Shown: positions 23,071-35,574, numbered from the whole stretch's first letter. The stretch: DNA of 63,457 nucleotides, filler included, from Octopus bimaculoides (GCF_001194135.2; 5 parts of 5 records of this genome joined end to end with filler, not necessarily neighbours in it); one strand, 5' to 3'. Numbers and translations: made by a program. Notes: a model not told the origin generated them from the letters alone.

Positions 23071-24961
23071 NNNNNNNNNNNNNNNNNNNNNNNNNNNNNN
23101 NNNNNNNNNNNNNNNNNNNNNNNNNNNNNNNNNNNNNNNNNNNNNNNNNNNNNNNNNNNNNNNNNNNNNNNNNNNNNNNNNNNNNNNNNNNNNNNNNNNN
23201 NNNNNNNNNNNNNNNNNNNNNNNNNNNNNNNNNNNNNNNNNNNNNNNNNNNNNNNNNNNNNNNNNNNNNNNNNNNNNNNNNNNNNNNNNNNNNNNNNNNN
23301 NNNNNNNNNNNNNNNNNNNNNNNNNNNNNNNNNNNNNNNNNNNNNNNNNNNNNNNNNNNNNNNNNNNNNNNNNNNNNNNNNNNNNNNNNNNNNNNNNNNN
23401 NNNNNNNNNNNNNNNNNNNNNNNNNNNNNNNNNNNNNNNNNNNNNNNNNNNNNNNNNNNNNNNNNNNNNNNNNNNNNNNNNNNNNNNNNNNNNNNNNNNN
23501 NNNNNNNNNNNNNNNNNNNNNNNNNNNNNNNNNNNNNNNNNNNNNNNNNNNNNNNNNNNNNNNNNNNNNNNNNNNNNNNNNNNNNNNNNNNNNNNNNNNN
23601 NNNNNNNNNNNNNNNNNNNNNNNNNNNNNNNNNNNNNNNNNNNNNNNNNNNNNNNNNNNNNNNNNNNNNNNNNNNNNNNNNNNNNNNNNNNNNNNNNNNN
23701 NNNNNNNNNNNNNNNNNNNNNNNNNNNNNNNNNNNNNNNNNNNNNNNNNNNNNNNNNNNNNNNNNNNNNNNNNNNNNNNNNNNNNNNNNNNNNNNNNNNN
23801 NNNNNNNNNNNNNNNNNNNNNNNNNNNNNNNNNNNNNNNNNNNNNNNNNNNNNNNNNNNNNNNNNNNNNNNNNNNNNNNNNNNNNNNNNNNNNNNNNNNN
23901 NNNNNNNNNNNNNNNNNNNNNNNNNNNNNNNNNNNNNNNNNNNNNNNNNNNNNNNNNNNNNNNNNNNNNNNNNNNNNNNNNNTATATATATATATATATT
24001 TCTACATACACAGTAGTTAGGCTGAGATCTCGCCGGAGTACTGCCTTAAAAAATTTCAGAGGAATGAATAGACCCCAGTACCTCTATTATTATTTTAAGT
24101 CCGATACCCTTTCTATCAATCATGTTTGCCGAACCGTTAAGTTACGAGGACGCAAACTCACGAGAAGTGGTTATGAAGCGGGAGGAGGCAAGCACTAACT
24201 CACTCATTCACACAGACATACGCACACATACATACACACACCATGAGTTTTTTTCAGTTTCCGTCCCCCAAATCTACTCAATATTTTGACCGGCCCGAAG
24301 CTATAGAAGACACATGCCCAAGGTGGAAAGTACAGGAATTGAACTCGGGACGAAACTGAACTCGGAAGCAAACTTTTAACCAAAATAGTATGAATCTATT
24401 TGTTATATTTATATCTATACATCTATATAGATTCATATGTATATATGCATCTGTGTATAGTATGTATATATATATNNNNNNNNNNNNNNNNNNNNNNNNN
24501 NNNNNNNNNNNNNNNNNNNNNNNNNNNNNNNNNNNNNNNNNNNNNNNNNNNNNNNNNNNNNNNNNNNNNNNNNNNNNNNNNNNNNNNNNNNNNNNNNNNN
24601 NNNNNNNNNNNNNNNNNNNNNNNNNNNNNNNNNNNNNNNNNNNNNNNNNNNNNNNNNNNNNNNNNNNNNNNNNNNNNNNNNNNNNNNNNNNNNNNNNNNN
24701 NNNNNNNNNNNNNNNNNNNNNNNNNNNNNNNNNNNNNNNNNNNNNNNNNNNNNNNNNNNNNNNNNNNNNNNNNNNNNNNNNNNNNNNNNNNNNNNNNNNN
24801 NNNNNNNNNNNNNNNNNNNNNNNNNNNNNNNNNNNNNNNNNNNNNNNNNNNNNNNNNNNNNNNNNNNNNNNNNNNNNNNNNNNNNNNNNNNNNNNNNNNN
24901 NNNNNNNNNNNNNNNNNNNNNNNNNNNNNNNNNNNNNNNNNNNNNNNNNNNTATATATATT

Positions 24962-25000
<39 letters not shown>

Positions 25001-25274
25001 ATATATATGCATGCACGTATGTATGGATTTATTGAACCTTAGTCAGGATATCCGTCCAATAATTTTGGATCAACTGGACAACGTACTCAATGGAAGCTTG
25101 TATAAGTGGTCGAATATTCCGAAGGCATTCATACCGTCAAAGCAAACAGCAGGCAGAGTCAGCGTGACACAGTCTGTGGCACCCCTGACCTTTAAATGGT
25201 CTGTCCCATCCTTTCCGTTCACACAATTATTCTTGCGTATCAGTGTGTGTTTGTGTGCGTGTGTGCGTGCGTGT

Positions 25275-25329
25275 GTATAAGTATTATATATATATATATA
25301 TATATATACATATATATACACACATATAT

Positions 25330-25392
<63 letters not shown>

Positions 25393-25393
25393 T

Positions 25394-25438
<45 letters not shown>

Positions 25439-25517
25439 TATATACACATATATACACACATATATATATACTCATACGTATACACACATATATATACAAA
25501 TATATATATATACACAC

Positions 25518-25584
<67 letters not shown>

Positions 25585-25680
25585 TACACACATATGCATT
25601 TATATATACACATATTTATATATGTGTATTGCATATACATACATACGTATATACACACACTCACGTATGTGTATGTATAT
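25275..25680 (+). repeat. Compound (TA)n/(CA)n low-complexity tract
   Basis: Direct. Confidence 0.9.
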
Positions 25681-26017
25681 GCTGTATAATATATGTTGTT
25701 TAACACATAAACTTTTTCCAATGTGTCGAACACGCCTCTTATTCTGCTGGCATAATGCTCAGCAATAAATACTTGGGTATTTGCTTATAGACCATCGACC
25801 TCCAAACAATAACATACCCCTTCGTGATTTATCTCAGAGTAGTCCAACCTGTTATACTTTTAACAGGGAGCATTTACACTCAGAGCCTAAATAAATCGTA
25901 AACTCTCTCGGTTGGTCAACCAAACTTTCAGCTAATTCAACAAATTGACTAGTATTTTAACACTTTGTTTACATTATTTACATTTGACGGATATTTGTCC
26001 TCATCTTCTTTGTTGTT

Positions 26018-26063
26018 AACACAACGTTTCGGCTGATATACCCTCCAGCCTTCATCAGGTGTC
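26018..26063 (-). ncRNA. Minimal type I hammerhead ribozyme motif
   Basis: GACAC-CTGATGA-A-GGCTG gagggtatat CAGCC-GAA-ACGT-T-GTGTT: intact core, 5-bp stem II, palindromic ACGU stem III, stem I GACAC/GTGTT. Confidence 0.75.
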
Positions 26064-26177
26064 TTGGGGGAAATTTCGAACCTGGATTCTCATTCCTAAG
26101 GTATTTTTCGATATTATTATTAATATTATTATTATTATTATTATTATTATCATTATTATGATTGTTATTCAATTCAC

Positions 26178-26250
26178 GGGCATATAGCGTAATGGTTAAG
26201 AGCGCGGGCTACTAACCCCAAGATTCTGAGTTCGATTCCAGTCAGTAACC
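26178..26250 (+). ncRNA. tRNA-derived Pol III head (not a functional tRNA)
   Basis: A box TAGCGTAATGG at 26185-26195 and B box GTTCGATTC at 26230-26238; anticodon stem only 3 bp and acceptor stem broken. Confidence 0.75.
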
Positions 26251-26391
26251 TGAATAATGATAATAATAATAATAACAACAACAACAACATCGAAAAATAC
26301 CTTAGGAATGAGAACCCCGGTACGAAATTTCTCCAAGACACCTGATGAAGGCTGGAGGGTATATCAGCTGAAACGTTGNNNNNNNNNNCAA

Positions 26392-26437
26392 GACACCTGA
26401 TGAAGGCTGGAGGGTATATCAGCTGAAACGTTGTGTT
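26392..26437 (+). ncRNA. Minimal type I hammerhead ribozyme motif (right arm; an identical partial copy at 26337-26378 precedes a 10-N gap)
   Basis: Same motif as 26018-26063, with a G-U pair closing stem II (CAGCT). Confidence 0.75.
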
Positions 26438-26558
26438 AACAACAAACAAGATGAGGACAAATATCCGTCAAATGTAAATAATGTACATAATTCCTCATCT
26501 CTTAAATACACATCTGTACTATTTTAACAGCCGCGAAAAGACGAATGGCAACACTCAC

Positions 26559-26591
26559 CTTGGCTAATTTTGAACTTAAAGTGCACAGTGC
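26559..26591 (-). CDS. Candidate 33-nt symmetric exon (TVHFKFKISQ in phase 1 or ALCTLSSKLAK in phase 0)
   Basis: ggtatttattcag|...GCCAAG|gtgagt, near-consensus splice sites in unique sequence. Confidence 0.3.
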
Positions 26592-27024
26592 CTGAATAAA
26601 TACCTTTGTATATTTTTTAATGACTTGCATTTTAAAAAAATATCGAAATGCATTTTCATCGTTGGCTGTGACTATACTAAAGCGCATTCATCTATGTTGT
26701 CAATGTTAGTACAACTCTTATCAGATGTTGCTATTTAATGAATAGATTTTCATACGGTTGTCTTCATGTGTTTCTTACTATAAAGCAGGATCATCTGGGA
26801 TCTCAAGCTAGGGAATGTCTATCCGTTGTTTGAAAATAATTCTTGCATGCTTTGCAACAAATCGAAAGTTGTGTATTTTAAAACACTAGCTTCTATTCTG
26901 TATGAGGACCTGGCTCTAGACTGACAAGGAGAGATATTTGGTGCTTTGCTCTGACGCACAATTCGTAGATTAGTACAACTCTCAATTTCAAAATAAGGTG
27001 TTAGTCTTACAGACACACCCAACT

Positions 27025-27093
<69 letters not shown>

Positions 27094-27888
27094 NNNNNNN
27101 NNNNNNNNNNNNNNNNNNNNNNNNNNNNNNNNNNNNNNNNNNNNNNNNNNNNNNNNNNNNNNNNNNNNNNNNNNNNNNNNNNNNNNNNNNNNNNNNNNNN
27201 NNNNNNNNNNNNNNNNNNNNNNNNNNNNNNNNNNNNNNNNNNNNNNNNNNNNNNNNNNNNNNNNNNNNNNNNNNNNNNNNNNNNNNNNNNNNNNNNNNNN
27301 NNNNNNNNNNNNNNNNNNNNNNNNNNNNNNNNNNNNNNNNNNNNNNNNNNNNNNNNNNNNNNNNNNNNNNNNNNNNNNNNNNNNNNNNNNNNNNNNNNNN
27401 NNNNNNNNNNNNNNNNNNNNNNNNNNNNNNNNNNNNNNNNNNNNNNNNNNNNNNNNNNNNNNNNNNNNNNNNNNNNNNNNNNNNNNNNNNNNNNNNNNNN
27501 NNNNNNNNNNNNNNNNNNNNNNNNNNNNNNNNNNNNNNNNNNNNNNNNNNNNNNNNNNNNNNNNNNNNNNNNNNNNNNNNNNNNNNNNNNNNNNNNNNNN
27601 NNNNNNNNNNNNNNNNNNNNNNNNNNNNNNNNNNNNNNNNNNNNNNNNNNNNNNNNNNNNNNNNNNNNNNNNNNNNNNNNNNNNNNNNNNNNNNNNNNNN
27701 NNNNNNNNNNNNNNNNNNNNNNNNNNNNNNNNNNNNNNNNNNNNNNNNNNNNNNNNNNNNNNNNNNNNNNNNNNNNNNNNNNNNNNNNNNNNNNNNNNNN
27801 NNNNNNNNNNNNNNNNNNNNNNNNNNNNNNNNNNNNNNNNNNNNNNNNNNNNNNNNNNNNNNNNNNNNNNNNNNNNNNNNNNNNNNNN

Positions 27889-27936
<48 letters not shown>

Positions 27937-28178
27937 GGTATGTATGTATGCATATATGTACATGTGTACATTGTCTGTCGTTTTCTATGTGCATGACATG
28001 TTAACTACAGCTTGAATTGGTACCAGCTAGAACTAATTGAGGATTAAGTCTTTTTAAAAGCATCTAGTCAAACCGGAAACAGAAAATAAAATGAATAACA
28101 AAAATAATAGCAATAACAATAATGATAGAGCAAATAATACATGTAACAAATGAATTGCATATGTATATATATATGTGG

Positions 28179-28261
<83 letters not shown>

Positions 28262-28479
28262 ACCTAAGATGTCTACCGCTCTTAGCAGCTTTTGATTCAC
28301 ACATCGCAATATTCGAGTGAAATGTAGCTTAGTAACTAGTTTAGGGCAAAAATTTGACCACGTAGTAGTTGCTGATTAGCTCCTGGTGGGCGCCGATTCC
28401 GCAGACCTGATATCATAGACAGTGCATAGTAAGTCCCTTGGACATTACTGTTGCGTGTCCTAAATTCATACACCGTTTA

Positions 28480-28690
28480 CCCAGCTTCCATGCCATGGAA
28501 GGGATTAGAATACACCCAATGAACGAGATTTTAGTCCATCACAGAGGTGCTCACCTACGGGAGTGGGCTGAAGTAACGTTAACTGAATTGCTTCACTCAA
28601 GCACTCAGTGCTCGATCCTTTTCAGGAATCGAAACCGCAATCTTGTAATCATGAGTGCAACATCCTAACCACCAAAGCACACACCTTCAC
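28480..28690 (-). mobile_element. tRNA-headed SINE, decayed
   Basis: The minus strand reads GGTGGTTAGGATGTTGCACTCATGATTACAAGATTGCGGTTTCGATTCC (A and B box-like). Confidence 0.6.
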
Positions 28691-28799
28691 AGACATACCA
28701 GAAATGGAGCATAACATCTTTCGATATATAAAGAACAACGGAGCCGGATGCGACACTTTTAGAAAACATTGATGTAATTTGAAATTAGATTGGTTGATT

Positions 28800-29210
28800 A
28801 GGCGCAGGCGTGGCTGTGTGGTATGAAGCCTGCTTCCCAGCCTCATGGTTCCGGGTTCAGTTCTGATTCCACTTGAGATCGCGTCGATACTGAAGACTTG
28901 TGAGTGAATTTGGTAGACGGAAACTGAAGGAAGTGTGTGTGTGTGTGTGTGTGTGTGTTTGTGTTTATGTGTGTGTGTGTAGTGTTTGTACCGCACAACC
29001 GCTTCACAACCGGTATAAGAGTGTTTACGTCCCCGTAACCCAGCAGTTTGTCAAAAACATTGAATAAGTATCAAACTTGATAAAAAAAACAACAAAAAAC
29101 AATATATATATATATATATAAGTACTAGCGTCGATTCATTCAACTAAAATTCTTCAAGAACGTGTCCCAGTATGGGCGCAGTCTAATAACTGAAACATTA
29201 AAAAATAAAA
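28800..29210 (+). mobile_element. SINE family B
   Basis: GGCGCAGGCGTGGCTGTGTGG head through ACTGAAAC tail. Confidence 0.85.
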
Positions 29211-29744
29211 GGCAACTATTTTTAAGGTTAAAATGATTAAAGTGTTATCTGACTTTTATTTATAGAAGGTCAAGCTCTCACGTTCCTTAAGAATAGTGAA
29301 CATCCTTATATTCCGGAAATAAATGAGAGCATCATTAAACAGATTTTTGTTCTATTTAACGCTAAATTAATATATTACTTCCTGAATATTCCTTTATCTG
29401 AACAAAAAAGTAATAGACACTAATTGGTTGACAAACGAGTACGCCTCTACACGTGTGCTATATTTACTTCGTGAGATGTACTCAGATTATCGACACTCAA
29501 TTAGAGCACAATTAACTGACTTCCTTAATATGCTCTTTTATTAATCTTTTACATTCTGCATGTTTCAGTCATTGGACTGCAGCCATGTCGTAGCATTGTC
29601 TAGAATGTACTTATGTTTTTCTTCATTGAGACTGACAATTATTCCATCGGTTTTCAATCAGTGGTGAGGGACAAACACAGGCACAAACACACACGTTGAG
29701 GCACAAACACACACGTTGACACACAAACAAACACGCACACACAG

Positions 29745-29787
<43 letters not shown>

Positions 29788-29977
29788 CACATACACAACT
29801 ATACAAATATACACAGATAAATACAAATATCTAAACATACACACATATATGTATACAAATATGTATATATGAACATATATANNNNNNNNNNNNNNNNNNN
29901 NNNNNNNNNNNNNNNNNNNNNNNNNNNNNNNNNNNNNNNNNNNNNNNNNNNNNNNNNNNNNNNNNNNNNNNNNNNNN

Positions 29978-30012
<35 letters not shown>

Positions 30013-30243
30013 TACACACATATATATATATACATGTATATTTCACGGGCTTTCACAGTTTCCGCAAACTAAATTGACTCATAAGGCTATAGTAGAAGAC
30101 ATTTGCTCAAGGTGATCCGCAGTAGAACTGAACCCGAAATCACTTGATTCGAAAGTGAGCTTCTTGCCCATACAGCAATTTCATCTGCACAACGTTTATT
30201 AATGATCTATTGCTTAATAAATACTTGTAGGAGAATTTACTGA

Positions 30244-30644
30244 CAGGAGTGGCTGTGTGGTAAGTAGCTTGCTTACGAACCATATGGTTCCGGGTTCAGT
30301 CCCACTGCGTGGCACCTTGGGCAAGTGTCTTGTACTATAGCCTCGGGCCGACCTAAGCCTTGTGAGTGGATTTGGTAGACGGAAACTGAAAGAAGCACGT
30401 CGTATATATGTATATATATATATAAGTATGTGTGCGTGTGTGTGTGTGTCTGTGTTTGTCTCCGCAGCATCGCTTGACAACCGATGCTGGTGTGTTTACG
30501 TCCCCGTAACTTAGCGGTTCGGCAATAGAGGCTGATAGAATAAATACTAGACTTACAAAGAATAAGTCCTGGGGTCGATTTGCTCGACTAAAGGTGGTGC
30601 TCCAGCATGGCCACAGTCAATTGACTGAAACAAGTAAAAGAGTA
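30244..30644 (+). mobile_element. SINE family B, best-preserved copy
   Basis: Head, GGTTCAGTCCC B box, CORE-like GGCACCTTGGGCAAGTGTC, central (TA)(TG) repeat, tail hairpin CAGTC-AATT-GACTG. A second head follows at 30655-30810. Confidence 0.92.
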
Positions 30645-31947
30645 ACATATAAATAGGTGCAGGCGTGGCTAAGCTTGGTTCCAAACCACATGGTTTTCGG
30701 TTCAGTCCCACTGCGTGGCAACTTTGGCAAGTGTCTTCTACTATAGGCTCGGTCTGACGAAAGCCTTGTGAATGGATCTGGTAGACCGAAACTGAAAGAA
30801 GCCATCGTACCCCTCCCTCCACATACTTAATTCAGAATTCATCACAGCTATCCGACGAACGGACCGTGAATCTCTGAGTTACAGTCTGTAACACAGATTT
30901 TTCAGCTTTAATAAAAGGACATACATACATACATACGTAAAATAACGTTATTATTTCTAGTGGCCCCGAGCGTAAAAGTCGCATAGGAAAAATTCATGAT
31001 TATATATAAGATATATAAATATATTCATATATACTAGGGTACTACATAAGCACTTGCTTCGCTAAAAATAGAAGTCAAAATATTTCTAAGCGACAGAAGA
31101 ATCACTAAATTAATACAAGCATGATAGGAAAAAATGTGCACCTGTCTTGGTTCCTGTGTTTGTCCACCATCACCACTACTACTTGAAAACCGGTGTTTGT
31201 GTGTTTACGTCCCCGTAACTTAGTGGTTCGACAAAACAGACCGATACAATAAGCAACAAGATTAAATAATAATAAAAATGTACTGGGGTCAACATACTCG
31301 CCGAAAAATTCTTCAAGGCGTTGCCTCAGTATGGCCACAGTCTAATGAGGTAAACACATAACACATAATTGAGAAAAGTTAATCACATGTAATTAGTAAA
31401 ATTATAAGCATAAAATTATATGTAAAGAATTTCCTTAGCGGGTTATATTAACTTAACAGTACTTCGCTTAACAATAATTATTAATTATAAGAAACAAACT
31501 CATGTGCTATGTACAATTAATCACATGTGTACAAAGAGCATAATTGTATTTCTACATATACAGTCAAAAATAGTACTAAAATATGTTACATTGTAAAGTC
31601 AATATGTATTAAATACGTATTGTTTGGTTGCATAATTGCGTGTATTTATGTGCTTATAGAATTAATAAAATAGATATATTAATGTTTGAAAGAATGATAA
31701 AAAGCATTTGTCATCACCTGTTGTAAGGATAAAAAAAGAACATAATTAAAGTTGTATAGAAAGAATGAAAGAACGAAATTAATATTAACAATTACAGTTG
31801 CTAAACAATGATTTAACAAAAGAAAGTGAATGTTGAAATGTTTGAACGTACCTACAGATGTATATGAATTACCCACGCTCCAATATATATATATATATAT
31901 ATANNNNNNNNNNNNNNNNNNNNNNNNNNNNNNNNNNNNNNNNNNNN

Positions 31948-31959
31948 TTAATTAATTAA
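31948..31959. other. Assembly linker TTAATTAATTAA in a 100-bp spacer
   Basis: 44 N on each side; identical at four sites. Confidence 0.95.
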
Positions 31960-32003
31960 NNNNNNNNNNNNNNNNNNNNNNNNNNNNNNNNNNNNNNNNN
32001 NNN

Positions 32004-32050
<47 letters not shown>

Positions 32051-32058
32051 TGTGTGTG

Positions 32059-32757
32059 TGTAACTGCCCGAAACTGTAAGGACATCTGGTAACTTGACTG
32101 ACGAAAGAAGGTTACGAATGACCTGTCCTTTTTTTCTTGTCCCCTCTAATCGTTGTTTTCCTGTCCGCCTTTGTATCGTCTATCTGTCCGGATGTTTTAT
32201 TGTCCTCTATTGCGTTTTTGTTCCATTTTTCATATTTATATATACATATAGCGGCGTACATACACTTTTGTTTACCTTATAGTAAGTATTATCTAAATTT
32301 TATACGATTCTTTTACTCTGTCTTTTAGTCCCCTCATACTTTCTTCCTCTTTTCTTTTTCTCGCTCCCCCTCTCTCACATTTCTTGGCCCTCTCTTTCTT
32401 TAATTTCCACTTTTCCTCCTCGTTTATCTCCCCTGTACCTTTCCCTTTGTCACTGATTTTTTTCTAATCTTTCACTCGCGCTGCCCCTACCCCTCTGTCC
32501 TACTTCCACTTGATCGGTGTTCAGCCAATCATGATCTTTCTTTCTTGGCCTGACTGCCGACCGCCAACACCTCTTATGTCCATCTCCTATGTTCCTGCCT
32601 TAAGGCTTTCACTTTATACACATCAGCTCAACTTGATTCGTCCTCAGTCGAAAGACAGACATCTGTTGTTATATTCTTGTTGTTTGTATTTGTAATTGTG
32701 TACCATGTTCTCTGTTTTTTGTTTTTGTTGTCGTACACATTCGCCAGCTTTCTTACA
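32059..32757 (+). mobile_element. Probable solo LTR (Gypsy-like)
   Basis: 699 bp bounded by TGTAA...TTACA; pyrimidine-rich interior; no TSD seen because the left side abuts (TG)n. Confidence 0.55.
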
Positions 32758-32817
32758 AAAAATCTAATAATCTTAGCTTAGACTTTTTGGGGGGCAACTA
32801 GATCGAACAGTCTCAAG

Positions 32818-32908
32818 TGTAACTGTCCGAAACTGTAAGGACATCTGGTAACTTGACTGACGAAAGAAGGCAACGAATGACCCGTCCTTTTTTTCCTTTC
32901 CCCCTAAC
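32818..32908 (+). mobile_element. Second, truncated copy of the LTR 5' end
   Basis: TGTAACTGTCCGAAACTGTAAGGACATCTGGTAACTTGACTGACGAAAGAAGG is nearly identical to the start at 32059. Confidence 0.75.
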
Positions 32909-32909
32909 T

Positions 32910-33430
32910 GTGTTCCAGTTGATCTGATCAACGGGACAGTTTACACGTGAATTAACGTGCAAGTGGCTGGTCACTTTTACTCCGCAGACACATGTAACCT
33001 TAACGATTCAGTATGGCACAGAATGTAACAAGGCTGACCCTTTGAGTGGACTGGAGCAACGTGAAATAAAGTGTCTTGCTCAAGGAGACCACGCGCCTCC
33101 ACACACATGCACGCACACACTCACACTCACACACGCACACTCGCACATACACACGCACTCACACACACATATGCGAGGACGCATGGCCAAGGGCTTAGAG
33201 TGTTGCACTCGTGTTGAGTTCTTGAGTAAAACACTTCATCCCACGTTGCTCTGCGATCACTTCGATACCTGACGTGTGGCGCACTGTAAACCTGTTCAGG
33301 CAACGTCGATTTGATGAAGGAAGTGAGTTAATGTGTAGCAGTTACATTTCATCTCTATAAAAAAAATCATTTGTGCAGGTCATTCAGTAAAAATTGAACA
33401 CTTAAACATCGTCTTCGACGGGAGATTCCT
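32910..33430. mobile_element. Two divergent SINE family C copies (about 32910-33110 minus, 33175-33430 plus)
   Basis: CORE-like TCCTTGAGCAAGACACTT and family C tail modules occur in both orientations. Confidence 0.7.
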
Positions 33431-33986
33431 TCGTGCGTGTGTGTGTGCGCGCACGCGTTTACGTATGTATTTCATTCTCCGTCAAATCTGGTTCTTTGAT
33501 GAAGAATATTCGGCTCCACTTACGGCCTTCCCTGTAACCAATAATATTAATAAATTCACTTGAGGTTTTTTTTTTTAGATTTATAGTAAATCCGAATGCG
33601 GTGCAGGTACTGAAAAAAGAGGATCATTATATTCTAGATATTTACTTCTGAGTGAGTCAATATATCACCTGCACCAGCGTATAGTAAATCGCAAACAAGA
33701 ATTATAAAAGTCTTTGACCTATCTTTGAAATGATTCAGATTAAAAATTGTGCAATAGGGGTTAAAGCTAGCAAGATCACAGCCCTGAGATGCATGAGCAA
33801 TCACAGCTGCAAAACATAGGGAGAATTAAGTTGGTGCAGGTATATTCCTTTGTTTAATATCATTGCCAATTGGTACTGGTTTCAATAGAGTACCATTTGA
33901 GTTGAAGTAGGTCTTCATATCACTGCATAATTGTAATTCTGTAATTTATGAGAAATTAGCTGGTTCGTATAGCTCTCTAACTACAT

Positions 33987-34346
33987 TGTTACGACAGGAG
34001 AAATATTTCACTAAATTCATGTAAATTCGGTAAATCTGTAGCGTCTAATCTGCTCGGCAGGAGAATAGAAATATGATTATGAATTTGCTAAAACAACCGT
34101 TTGGCGTGCTGAAAAGCTCATCTGGTGAATGAAAATGAGAATGCAGTTGTCACTGCGACGGCCTCCACCAAGTTTCGCGACAAAGGTTCGCCTATTTATA
34201 AGCCTTGTTAGAGGGTTCTAGAAGGTCGAATCACGAGATGGCTCGATGCTGATTGATCAGTTAAATAGCTGATCACATGAAATGATTATGACTAAACCAT
34301 GACGTTTACTCGGTTATTGCAGCGATTTGGTTTCGAGTCTGTCACG
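33987..34346 (-). promoter_or_regulatory. TATA-containing promoter-like segment, possibly an old solo LTR
   Basis: TATAAATA on the minus strand at 34193-34200 with an Inr-like CAGT about 30 nt downstream; ends read (C)GTGAC..GTAACA; no TSD. Confidence 0.35.
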
Positions 34347-34527
34347 GATTCAATAAAAATCTAGTGAATATATTTTAGCAAAAATACAAATAATGAAATA
34401 CTATGTAAGTCACTACAGTTTGACTTGACACCTTTTCCCTTGTATTGTGAACTCAGTATTGCCTCTCTCCAATACTTCAGAAATGATGATCCATTAACAT
34501 TTAGTTGGTCAAAAGATCAATCACTAC

Positions 34528-35568
34528 CAATGGCGTAGCTTGGGTAAACCGCGCCTGGGGTAAGCCGCAAAAATGCGCCCCATCCTAATTACAAAATCCA
34601 CGATATCATATAGTACTTATTTGTTACAAGTAATTAATGTTTTAAAGCAATATTTTAGGAATAAATACTTTACCAGTGTTCATTTACCTGTCGGTTCGGT
34701 ACAACCAGTAATTCAAAATATATTTTTTGAATGTTTACTTTCACGAAACCTCCTTATTTTAACCGTTTAATGCGCCAGNNNNNNNNNNNNNNNNNNNNNN
34801 NNNNNNNNNNNNNNNNNNNNNNNNNNNNNNNNNNNNNNNNNNNNNNNNNNNNNNNNNNNNNNNNNNNNNNNNNNNNNNNNNNNNNNNNNNNNNNNNNNNN
34901 NNNNNNNNNNNNNNNNNNNNNNNNNNNNNNNNNNNNNNNNNNNNNNNNNNNNNNNNNNNNNNNNNNNNNNNNNNNNNNNNNNNNNNNNNNNNNNNNNNNN
35001 NNNNNNNNNNNNNNNNNNNNNNNNNNNNNNNNNNNNNNNNNNNNNNNNNNNNNNNNNNNNNNNNNNNNNNNNNNNNNNNNNNNNNNNNNNNNNNNNNNNN
35101 NNNNNNNNNNNNNNNNNNNNGGGGGGGGGGGGGTTCTGGTCTCGTTATCGCAGAGTAGAGATAAGAATGAACTATTTTTAGAACCATTAAGAATGATTAA
35201 CAGTAAAGTGAATAAACGACAGTTAAGTAAATTTAACATAGAAAGTTTACCACCACACTTAATTTTATACCATTAGTTGTGCAGTATGTGTAGTAGGCAA
35301 GGCGAAAATATGCGGGTTTCATTCAGTTGAGCCTCAAGCATTTTTTGACGCCCTTCGTAAAAATGTCCAGACATGAAAGTAGACAGCCATCATAATGCGC
35401 TTACCTTCAATAACAGCATAAAACGATAAGCTGAAGATCCATCTTTACAATTGCAATTTTATAAATGGCGTTCAAGCTTATCCTATTATGGTTAATTCTG
35501 CGCCCCACTTCAATTGGCACCTGGGGCTCGTTCCCCCTTTCCCGTCCCCCACCCCACTTACGCTACTA
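34528..35568. mobile_element. hAT-like non-autonomous element (contains a gap)
   Basis: Ends CAATGGCGTAGC / CTTACGCTACTA with GCGCCC subterminal motifs at both ends; TSD not convincing. Confidence 0.5.
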
Positions 35569-35574
35569 TCACAC

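Larger units (their letters stand above)
25970..26485. mobile_element. Element with a tRNA-derived head flanked by inverted hammerhead-bearing arms
   Basis: Left arm 25970-26112 is the reverse complement of right arm 26289-26485; (ATT)n and (AAT/AAC)n spacers; central tRNA-like unit. Confidence 0.8.

Noticed and set aside
26178-26250. Functional tRNA-Ser(ACT) gene
   Set aside because: The anticodon stem has only 3 bp, there is no acceptor stem and no long variable arm; it is a SINE-type head.
26337-26437. Apparent tandem hammerhead dimer in the right arm
   Set aside because: The two copies are identical and separated by a 10-N gap, the signature of an unmerged contig overlap. It would be notable if real, since dimers activate minimal hammerheads, but long reads are needed.
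32070-32110. GAAAC...CTGACGA in the LTR as a permuted hammerhead
   Set aside because: No credible stems I and III could be built.
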